This document shows, piece after piece, positions 1-10,800 of a stretch of DNA of 64,000 bases; within the stretch, counting starts at the first letter, position 1, and every line of letters starts with the position of its first letter. The notes under the pieces were generated by a model that was not told the DNA's origin, searched no databases, and worked only from the letters and a program-made list of their open reading frames with translations. This stretch comes from Kudoa neothunni. Lineage: Eukaryota; Animalia; Cnidaria. The translations under genes were made by a program, and so were the position numbers. The stretch spans positions 7,569,544 to 7,633,543 of the forward strand of contig OZ199840.1 in assembly GCA_964304625.1 (NCBI GenBank), in the 5' to 3' direction.

Positions 1-2
1 TA

Positions 3-242
3 AAAGGTTTTCTCAATGAAAACGCTGTTCCTATTGGCCCGATTGAACCAACCGATCTGTCGGATACCAGCCAGTTAGTTACTGATGAAACCATTTGCTG
101 CTTTCTAGAAGAGAACAATATTAAAGTTGATTTAATTTTGAACTTTAAAAAATTGGGGAATAAAAGAAATTTTGATAATTATGTGATATCCCTAGAGAAT
201 TTGATAGGTTTTAATTTCAGATTATTAATTTTACACACATAA
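3..242 (+). CDS. Partial coding segment entering from the left edge (unknown protein; weak THAP 'AVP'-box resemblance)
   Basis: Frame open from 3 to TAA at 240-242 (KGFLNENAVPIGPIEPTDLSDTSQLVTDETICCFLEENN...). No start codon in the window. Confidence 0.35.
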   Translation, partial: KGFLNENAVPIGPIEPTDLSDTSQLVTDETICCFLEENNIKVDLILNFKKLGNKRNFDNYVISLENLIGFNFRLLILHT

Positions 243-387
243 GCTAAACTTTAGTCAGATTATCATATTCGCTTTTTACCTACATATTATTTAAGTAAAT
301 AAGCAATTTACCTCACTTTCTGAAATCTAGATTGAAAAACTCTCTCCTTAAGACAATTTTCATAATACCGCTATTAACCATCTAATG

Positions 388-1374
388 CAGCAGTTCTTAA
401 CTTGGGATCCGAGAACGAATCCAACTGTATCACCATACATTCATTATAATTAGGTATTCTTAAACGTTAGCGTGATGGTTAAAAATTTTAAATATACCTT
501 TGCGTTATTGTTTCTTTAAATATTTTTGATTTATTACAAAATTTCCTTGTTTTAGAATTTATTTTGTAAAAGGAATCTATAAAAACAAAAGTTATTCAGT
601 AGGTTATCTGATGAAAACTGAAAATTTCCAAAATATACTTCTTAATGTTTCAGAGTATGCAATTAGATTGATTACTCTTTTTACAACAGCCTATTATTGC
701 GAAACTAGATTTCCGTGCTGGTTACCACAAATAAGTCTCGAAAACGCTTATATGCGTTTTGCTCTTTCAAATACTTGTCAGAATTCTGCGAACTTATTGA
801 CAACAAGAAACTACAATAATCTCATTAAGTATTCTTTTACTGTCTATTATTTATAAAAAAGTAGGATTCTGTCATTAATCTCGCGTTCTATTATATAATA
901 ATTCTTCGTTTGTTAACTCTGTATTGTAGTAAACACAATAATTAACGAACATAAAGATTTTATGTAGTGAAAATATTTCGAATATTACAAGAACATTTTT
1001 CCTCACATTTTGTATGGATTTTACTCTCAAATATTTACCCATGTATAGATAAAAATTCAACGAATTTCATTAAATTTTTATTTTTTAATATTATGCATCA
1101 TTGTCTATATTTGGTTAGAATTTGAATAATTTTTATTTTTTTGTTTTAATATCAAAAATAATTCAAGTATTAGTGATTACAAATTTTTAATACGTATTTT
1201 TAATCAAAAGTATTACATAATTAATTTACTTTAAAAATATTTAACGATAATTTTTTTTTAATCTGTTTACTGAAGTGAACAATGGGAACGAAAGAGTAAA
1301 TGTTTATATGTATGATTGGATTCTGCATTAAACCCAGATGGGGGTCCACGAGGAAGAAAGGTTAAAAACCTCTG
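388..1374 (+). mobile_element. Non-autonomous hAT (Charlie/Buster-like) element with transposase C-terminal remnant
   Basis: TIRs cagcagttcttaac / gttaaaaacctctg. Degenerate 8-bp TSD atctaatg / ctctaata. ORF 611-856 contains AIRLITLFTTAYYCETRF, resembling the hAT dimerisation motif LPFxTTYLCExGFS. Confidence 0.8.
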
Positions 1375-1664
1375 CTCTAATATACTAAAAATCGACTGCA
1401 CTACGATGAATTTTAAATGGCAGGTGGTAAATTAAGTGACATCAAACTTTGATAGGAGCAATTTTTGTATAGAGGGGTTTGTGACATACATAAGGGTTCC
1501 TAAGGAATGATATTATTCAGGACTGTTAAACCTAGTAAGAAGTTGGCAGGAATGCTTATAATGTTTTTAAGAAAAAGTACTTAATAACTATTTATGAAAC
1601 TGTAATCGGTCTCTTCCTTATATGGCTCGTTTATTTTTATTGATGTAGTCTAATAATTATAAAT

Positions 1665-1989
1665 ATTTAAAGTGGCACTTTGCATGGTAAATAATATTTT
1701 GATGTGACTAGTTTTGACTATTTATAATTATTTGTGTACCCTAAAAGCGAAGAATTGGAATAGGAACATTCAATTTAGCAAAATCTAAGAAATTAAATCT
1801 GTAGACATCTTGTGAGTACGAGTTGATGTGATTAAAGATTGTCATTATACAAACGTACATGCCTTTTGGGATCGGAATTACCCCTCAAATGGTCTCTGCC
1901 ATAGGCAACCCCGTATAAGACCTTAAAGTAAATATGAATTAGACTTCCAAGTTAGGGGATAAATTTGAAAAAACGATTGAGAACCCCTA
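1665..1989 (+). repeat. Dispersed hAT-type MITE family, copy A
   Basis: Aligns by eye with the reverse complement of ~15175-15530 (aagtggc...aaattaaatctgtagaca...cgtacatgcc). Shares the terminal gaacccc end with 11860-11895. Confidence 0.65.
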
Positions 1990-2369
1990 CATTACTACAT
2001 TAGAAGGTTATTGGTGGTTTTTTAGTAGACGTGAGATTGATGCATATTGCATAATTGTGAATCCCGATTTTTTATAATTTTTACAAAACTAGCAACTGTC
2101 ATTATACATATATTAAACTGATATAGAATTTTATGCAACAATAAAAACAATGCTTCACCAATAAATAAACATTAACGATTTTCCGCTCATAATCTATGAC
2201 TTATATAAATATTTCATAACTGTATAATCTTTATAAAGTCGGCTTGAACTATATCAAAAGTATTATTGTTTAAAAATTGCTTCTTTATAATAATATGACC
2301 CAATTTTGGTGCATCAAAAACGATAACTCAAGTTGGTTAATTAGACAAATTTATTGGTGCTTTAAAGCT

Positions 2370-3176
2370 ATGGTTAATTATGGATATTGTGTAATAAATG
2401 TGTTATTATCAATTAAGAATATTTGAATCCCCGATTTTTTAAAGCTCTAGTTGTAATGTGGTGTAATTTTTAAACAATGAACGCAGGAAAATTTGAAAAA
2501 TTGTGAAAGCATTGTACATGCATTGTGGCAGAAAATCGAGAAAGAAAACGAATCATTGAACCATTCGATCAAAAGCGTATTTGTTATTTGGCATTATTGA
2601 AAATGTCAGTATTTTTTAATTGGTAATTCTAGAAAAATAATCAAATTGGCCAACTTGAAATCGAAATAGAAAAATACAACAGAGAATTAGCTCATTTGGA
2701 ATCTCAGTGTCAAAATTTGGAAAAAGTAAATGCTCAATAGAACACCGATAATTAATTTATCCAGCCATTTATTCTGAATTATTATACTCTTTTTTGTGTA
2801 TTTATAGAGAACCAGACTTACTAATACTGAATTGACATCTATCAACGAACGGATTTTCAACTTGAAAAGATCTAAACTCGTTGCCGACCAGGATATTTTT
2901 CAGCTAGAATCTTCACTCGAGACCGTACAAGAAAAACAACACATGGAAAAACTCAAAAACAGCGAACTTATCAAACAGCTAGACGCAAAATACGACCAAA
3001 CTTTTAGCAAATGTCTCCAAGTTTCGTTGTCGGAGCTTGTATGTTTTACACGATTTATTTATTGTATTGACTTATTTTCTCATTAGGAAAGGTTAAAATC
3101 GGCTGAAAAATATTTTGGCGCCAAAGCTATTGACATCAAACGATTCTGCGAAATAGATTCCTTTTCCAACATTTAA
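2370..3176 (+). CDS. Hypothetical ~168-aa coiled-coil protein
   Basis: Exons 2487-2576, 2633-2725, 2808-3038 and 3087-3176 join in frame through phase-0 GT-AG introns (ENLKNCESIVHALWQKIEKENESLNHSIKS-KNNQIGQLEIEIEKYNRELAHLESQCQNLEK-RTRLT...SFSNI*). The start (ATG|gt micro-exon at 2370-2372) is a guess. Confidence 0.7.
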
Positions 3177-3423
3177 AAAAAGGAGGCATATTTGAAAGGC
3201 TGATGTTATTAATATTATTAACAGGTGTTTTGATTATTTTACTTTTCTATTACATATATTCTTTGTATAAATGTATATAATTTTTTATGTGTTACCATAA
3301 TTAGTAGTTAGATTTTGGTGCACTAATGCGCTAAGGCTAAGAAATAATTTTTGGTTGGAATTTTAAAATACAAAACAAACTTAGCGAAAATATGATGTTA
3401 ATAAACAAAGTTAGTTTCGACTT

Positions 3424-4100
3424 TCAAAAATGCCAAAGAATCATTGGTCTTTTGAATTCGCGCTGATTGCCTTTTTCGGCTGGCGGGGGATCACTCGTAC
3501 TGTCAGCAGATTGTGATTCATTATCGCTTTCATCCTCGTTATCATTATTATCCTCATCATTTTTGTGTTTTTTCTTTTTATCTTTTTTCTTATCCTTCTT
3601 TTTTTTGTCTTTTTTCTTGTCCTTCTTTTTTTTCTTATCTTTTTTACTAGACTCAGCAGGAGGTGGATCAATTATAGAGAAATCCGGCACTGTGTCAATA
3701 CAGCTAAAAGCCATCATTTAATGTGATCAGCTATTATCACATACTAAAATCGTTGAATGTTCGGTGTGACAAAGCGTTCTTCAACTCGGTAAGGTAAAGT
3801 TGTTAACCAAGGCTATAATAGCAAACAAATTATCTTGAAAAATCGATTATAATCCCTGTCATAAAGTACCTTTCGAATACACGCCCTTTTCGTATATTTA
3901 TAAAATTGGCAGCATGCACATGAGCAATCTTTGGTATTCAAACAAATAATTAATTTGTTAGCATCCCCATATGCGTCAATGATTTCAGTTTCATCAACAC
4001 TACAACCAATTCTGTTTCTCTCACTTCGATACATCTTGCATAGCATTGAAAGTGGAACCAATGACCAACAACCACCATAGAAAACCACTCGATTGAACAT
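3424..4100 (-). CDS. Hypothetical 192-aa protein: Cys-rich N-terminus, KKD-repeat and acidic C-terminus
   Basis: Exons 4100-3870, 3812-3745 and 3703-3424 join in frame through GT-AG introns of 57 and 41 nt, linking track ORFs 3813..4100 and 3424..3717. Confidence 0.65.
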
Positions 4101-4769
4101 TACTCAGATGGATAAATTTGACGCACAGCGGCGTCTATTATCGACATTTATTGGCTTAGATGAATTAATCTGTTATTTTTTGGGTACAAGTTAATTATAC
4201 AAAATCATTGATAATTTTTATTGCTATAGAAACATCATTATACCTCAATAAATAAATTGATTATTTAATATCAACATATATTTTTTAAGTTGTACAAAAA
4301 TATATTTTACTTTATTTTATAATTAATATATTTAATAATGTAATGCAATCATCAAATAATAAACACAGATAACGAACGATAATCCATCTAATTTATCGCG
4401 TGCGCACCACTACTAAGTTATGTTGAATTGATTACACTTAGGGGCTGTGTTGATTTCTGAGAGGCCGAAAATCGAGGGATGGAATCGTGGGTTTTCGACT
4501 ATCGATAACTATAGGTTTCTTAGAATTTCGATGGTTTATTTGTTTAGTTTCCTTATTGCGAATGATTACGTAGGAATCATAAATGTTCAAATTTAATTTT
4601 ATGATTAATTTCAAAAGCTTCCTTCTGCTACTTCTGAAAGTGTGAAAGTTTTATTTTCACTTAGGACAATTTATTTTACAAATATATTAAATTATTACTA
4701 AGCTTAGTATTAACTAAATTATTTGTGAACGAGACGCAATCTGTCACTATGCAGCATTAAAATTACGCT

Positions 4770-5044
4770 CTAGTTCAAAATGGAGTGTATGTCAGCATTA
4801 TTCACCTTTACAAAATATGTGAATTAAAATGTGAACGAATTTTATGGTAAAATATCGCACAAATCAACTGATTACGTTAGTTTAACGCACTCCCCCTGCA
4901 TCGAAATATGATGGCGATCTCTTTATCATTTTACAACCTTTTTTGTCTCGTTGAACCTCCATAGCTATCTGGTACTTTTTACAACCTCCAATGAAACATG
5001 GGGTAAATCCGTTGAAAGGGTATTTATCCGCGCGTACCTTATAC
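4770..5044 (-). CDS. Probable exon(s) of a small unannotated gene divergent from RPB11
   Basis: AG-bounded open segment YKVRADKYPFNGFTPCFIGGCKKYQIAMEVQRDKKGCKMIKRSPSYFDAGG followed by a gtgcgt donor. Possible last exon VNNADIHSILN*. The 5' part is unresolved. Confidence 0.4.
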
Positions 5045-5433
5045 TATTTCTCGATAAATGTACAATAATAGTTGAAAAATACGATTAATTCCATTTACAA
5101 AATTCGACATTATTTTTCACCAAAATTTTAACATTTTATTAATATATTTCGTTGAAGTTGGAATTTCAAGCTCGTGTCTCAAAAGTAATGATAGAACCCA
5201 CCATTATACAAAATTCTTATACTTCTAATTTTTAAACAGATTAGATCAGTAACATTAAGAAACTAAGGATATTCAGAGTTTTAAAAGTATAGAAATTTAT
5301 TCTGAAATAACTAATAAACCCTTCTAACCTATAGATAAACGAATTTTAAATCATACATAGAACGGAAACCGAATCCACATTATCAATTAGTTAAAATGGC
5401 ACTCCACTCATGCGCACGCGTGAATAAAGCGAA

Positions 5434-5914
5434 ATGAATGCCCAGGACCCCCTTTGAACAATTTCTTCTTTTAGATCGAGAGGTCAAGTACTTCAGTAAA
5501 TTATCAAAAAACTATCCGACATAAAATTATAGGGTAACACTTCAAACCGATTTCAAAGTTCCAAACACATGCAGTTATGTGATTTTGAAAGAAGATCACA
5601 CATTGGGAGCTATCATACAAGCGTAATTCTAGTTGTTAGACAGGTTCTGTTGGATTTTGGCTGACATAAGATTTAATAGAAAACTTCTCACTAATAAAGA
5701 TGTGTTGTTTGCGGCCTACAGAAAACCTCATCCTTTAGAACACAAAATAATCATCCGGGTGCAAACCAACGGAAAAATTAGTCCCAATGAAGCTATAAAT
5801 AAAGCTATCAATTCTATTATGTCCAATTGCAATGCGTTGACGGAACAATTTGATGTATCTGTTTTGTATTTATTTATAGGATAATTTTTTTAGATCCTTT
5901 TTGCCTGAATGGTA
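5434..5914 (+). CDS. POLR2J: RNA polymerase II subunit RPB11
   Basis: Spliced translation FEQFLLLDREVK|VTLQTDFKVPNTCSYVILKEDHTLGAIIQA|KLLTNKDVLFAAYRKPHPLEHKIIIRVQT matches the RPB11 motifs KEDHTLG and YxxPHPLEHKIIIRVQT. Introns 5488-5532, 5623-5679 and one from ~5855. The 5' frame is anomalous (see findings) and the last exon is uncertain. Confidence 0.93.
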
Positions 5915-7817
5915 GTAGTAATAGTAATGGTTACTTTAAATTGTCAGCTGTTGCTTAGTTACTTCTGTACACTGTATAAATGTATCATCAATATTTAAAT
6001 TTTCCATTCATGTCGTTTTATTAATGCAATGGCTGTGAGGGAAATTTGAAACATTTATTTTATTGTGGTGATTCTCACTCTATTTAAATTTACATCCTCT
6101 AATATTTCGATAAACCATATGATATTCCAGAAAAAAGAGAAATACCTAGAGATTTATTTTAGATTAGCGTATTTTATTGAGGGCATTTTTTGGCATCTTG
6201 CTCGATGAAATTAGATTAGTCTCAGATTTATGCACGGGAAAACACTTTATCAAATTTTCGAAATAATTACCTTTATTGGTTAAGAATATTTTAGGCCGCT
6301 CTATAAATTTATAATGAATCTCGAAATCTCCCATGTACATTAGAATATTTGTTGTATGTTGCATAATAGTTATTGAAATCTATGATAGCTGTAATGTAAA
6401 ATAAATTTAGTGATAAAATACACTAAATTTAGATAAAAATCGTATGTTGATTATTTTGAAAGAGAGCTATTTTAGTATGTATTATTAATACATACTAAAA
6501 TATAATATTTATTGCTAAACTCGTAGGGTTTGATTAACTATGATCTAATTTTTACTGAATTACACATGTTTAGTTGTACTTAAAAAGTAAGATACTGCTA
6601 CGCCAGAAAATACTAGACATTGTGCATGACCGAAAAATATGGAATAGTTAGACTAACTTGTGAGATGCACGCGTTCCTCCCTTCCAAGAAAAAACGGGGG
6701 ATCTGATACTTCCGATAATCAGAATTCACTTGGCATTATTTCTGTATATAGTAATGGACCGGTCGTGTGTGCATTGACTATTTTACACATTAGAAGGTTC
6801 TCTCGTGTTTAAAAATATTTAAAAAATGACTTTATGTTATTATTACTCGCCTTTAAATAAGTTATGAGCATAATTGGCACAAAAAAAGCGAAAAATAAAA
6901 AGTCACGTGAGTATCGATCGTATGTACCTTTGACCGCGTGATTAAATTAAATGTTTTCTCCCTTTTTTATCACGATTAAACAGTTAGTGAGTTTTTATAA
7001 TTACATCAATGTGGTAACTAGTTGAAAAATGGTGGATAAACATAGACACATGTTGTAGATGCATCGTAGTGTGGTTTATAATTATGTCCTCTCTAAGTCA
7101 TAAAAGTAAGAATGGCGCAATGACAGTCCCTCCCCAATAATTCAGAAACGAATGATGATTTTATTTATCAAAAATTGAGCCTTTCGGAGTTGGCCTTATT
7201 TTATTTAGAAAGACTTGGCCGTTATTTTAAACATTTAAACATCATAGCTCAAAAAAGTGGGAGTTAATGTCTGATTACATTCCAGATGTTTATTCATATT
7301 TGAATCGTAATTTTAAACAAAAAAAGTATGTACTATCCGGCCGGGACCGGTATTACGTACGACCAATCCATTATTGTATTCCTACTCGAGTTGCATATAC
7401 AAGCATGAGGTGGATTTTTGTTGGACTTAAATTTAAGTGAATAATGTGAACTGGATTCTCAAAATTGATGGGAATTTTAAATCTCATATATACAACGAAA
7501 ATTGAAAACTCAGATTACGCAGCATAACTACTAATTATGTGATACGAAACTAGAATTTTCTGCTAAAAATCTAACCAAAATATTTTATTTTAGTCCTTCG
7601 TTAAAAAATCTTTAAACAAAATTCAAAAATTTATACTTCAAAGTAGAGTAAAAGTTATTCGGCAGCCGACCTAAACGAAATTATTGATTTTATCAATTTT
7701 GTAAAAGAGACCACAAAAAACAAGACTCTCACTAAAGTAGATACTAAATCATGTCAGAGTCAAATGAAATATTGGCATAACTATAAAACAATGGTGGTTA
7801 ATGTTGGTCACATGAAG

Positions 7818-10800
7818 TTAACTTGGGGTAGGACCCTCAGGAGTGCCGTTATTAGTGGTAGACGATTTCTTTTTCCTGATATTTGTTTCGGACACTTTTT
7901 CGACCATTTCTAGGGAAGTTTTAGTTCTTTCTCTAAGTTTTTCGTCCGTCAAGTTAATGCAATTCGTGGATACGAACTGCAGAATTTTGGTGAAAGATTG
8001 GTCACTTTTGACTGGAAACATAAATAAAATTAAATTTCAGCAAGCATGTACGCGCAATTTGTTAAATTATGGTAAATCTTTGAGAAAAAAATATGTAAAA
8101 ATACGTTTTGCCTTGATGGAATCGTTTTCGTTGTGTTCAAAAAGGTAACAGAAAAGAGAGCAGATCGATTGAAGCTGTTGCGAATTACTGAACAGCCATT
8201 GGCAAATCACGGCCACCATCATACTCGGGAACCGGAGCAACCATTGGGTCACAACAAATTTGTAACATTCATTGAAATTTTTCATCAGCGTGTTGGAAAA
8301 TAACTTCAAATTTGGCGTACCATTGGCTAAATGATGCAAGAGATGGTGTGTTACAAGGTGGTTATTGTCTTCAAGGTATTGAGAGAGAAACTCCACGTCG
8401 AATTGAAAACGAAAACTTCTCAAAAGAAGAAAAAACATTTCCTCCGTAAAAACATCCCATTGAGTCGAATTTTCTATAGTTGGTCAGTCAAAAAGTTATC
8501 AACAGCAACCACAAGTAATAGAAAACAAATGGAGAAATTAATACTTAGCAAAAACATCATGGTATTGTTATCGAGACGTAAGCCAGAATTGAACTGATGT
8601 TTGGTGAGAATAGTGAGTATACTGGAACACTAACAAATCAATCACAATGGGTTTTATTAACTACTGTAGCTTACATTGTTTGGGTCCATTACTTTAATGA
8701 GATATTCGCACATACCAGTATCATTGAGGATCAACTAAATCCAACATAATAGAACATTATTTTATTATACAATAGGTTGTGTTCCTTATTACCTTGGGCA
8801 TGTCATGTAGCACGAATAACAAAATGCTTTCAATGGCGCACAAATCATGATCATAACAGGTCTATAATTACAAGCGTAAGTCAATCAACCAATCTAGTCG
8901 CTCTAATAAAATAGATAGAAACCTTGATATCAATTTTGATGGTCTTTTCGTTAGATTTCACAAAGTTGTAGTAACATTTCAAGGAGTGCTTTCTATTTGG
9001 AATCAACCAAAGTGATTACTGTATCAAAGTCAGTGTATAATAGAGAATGTACTTGGTGGCCAGATAATACATGAATGCATAATTAAATCGACAGTCAATA
9101 TAATGCCATTGTGCGAATATAAATTCCAAACATTTTCCAAGTTGAGTGTCGGCGTTGCTGTTGGCGAAACAACTAGATACGATAAAAAATAATCATGACA
9201 TATCCGACCATTTAAGTATACTTAAATATATGGAACAAAATTGAGAGATCGGAAAATGTAAGGGATACTGACAAGTCATCAGCTCTACTGTAGGCAACAC
9301 AACACGATAAATCTCTTAATGGTTCGCTGTCGAGTTCGAGTCCACTCTAAACAAATTTCAGATCACACATCCACCCTACCATTCAAAATTCGCAATTATA
9401 AAATACAGCATATTTCAAAATATTGTCAATTGCTGTTTCAATTTCTGAACTAAAAATCCCAGACGATCTGACATAAATCAAATTTTTTCGAACAGTCTCA
9501 TCTTCGATTCTATTAAACTCAATCAGACTGTCAAGATCGCAACCCATTTGCGGTATATGGTTGTGGCTGAGAGCGTAAGTATAGCCTAGTTGTGGATGTC
9601 AGAATAATGGCAAAAATCATCACTCCGATTACCTGATATTGTGTCTTTATCTTTGTTGGATGACGGAGAAGTTTCATTTTTTTTTCTAAGTTTAATATCG
9701 GATACAGAATGAAAGCTGGCATGTGCAGATTCCTTGTTAAAACGATGGTTGGTAACCGACGATTGCAAATGAGAAGAAAAATCTTCTAGTGTAGCAGTTT
9801 TGTATGGGATATTATTGTCTCCATTGAAAGATCTTTTCTCAGCTGAGCGTTTAACGCTCGTGTTGTTGACACTTTGCTCCAAGTTGATTTGATTTCCGCT
9901 GTCTACATATATTTTTGATACCATCAATCCATAACTGACTCAAAAAAGATTACTTGTATTGCCGTAAACATTTATCACATTTGAAAATGTTTTTTCGAAG
10001 AGAACATTTATTTTGGGATATTTGGATAAAAATTCAATAAGTGGAATGAGAGAAGGAATAGCCTTCATCTCCAGCACCATTTTCAAAGCTCCATTTACAT
10101 TGTTGTTTAATAGTTCTCTGCACTCTGGAAGATATTCATCAGTAGCCTAGTTGATGAGCCAGAATTGGTAAAAGTCACTATGGTATTTATCAATGTAGGA
10201 ATTACTGTACACAAAAATTCAACCAGTGAGCGCGAAACCAACGGATGGGATTCAAAAGAGTTGTAAATCAACAATATAGCAGGCTCTATTTGAAGTTAAA
10301 TTTCAGGGCAACAAATTCATATAGTCAATAACTAGATATTATTGGCTATATTACCTAGATTCATTATCGAGGTCGGTTGGTGATCGAAAAAGAACCAATC
10401 ATAAAACAACGCATAACGACTACTATCACTAACTCGCGGGTGATCCTACGGAATATGGAAATATATATGGTATTTCAGTACAAGGAAAGGTATACTTTTG
10501 CGATAAAAAGCAACTGACCTATAAGAGCCCAGCGCTGAACGATATCCGAATTTATAATCTCGTTGGTTGGGTGAATCACACAACATATGTAACGAATCAA
10601 AGAAGGAATAAGTTCGATATTCTCACGATCCTCAAAGTGCTAAAAAGAAAAAATTCAATGTTTATTTATGATAAATATTCAACGATTAGAATTAAGCCTT
10701 AAGTTAGGTTAGCTAAATTATGCATTGAAACAAAACTTAATATTAAGGGGCACTGAAAAATGGAAATTATAAAAACTCTAAGTTGCAACAAAATTGGAAT

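Noticed and set aside
3441-3721. ORFs 3467..3721 (+) and 3441..3671 (-)
   Set aside because: Antisense and alternate-frame shadows of the low-complexity KKD repeat.
7818-8438. First impression of codanin-1 or a separate gene
   Set aside because: Upstream exons carry INTS3 motifs on the same strand, and these ORFs fit as its 3' exons.
9990-10020. Suspected frameshift in an INTS3 exon
   Set aside because: On re-reading, the frame is intact (YPKINVLFEKTFS) with a matching intron phase.
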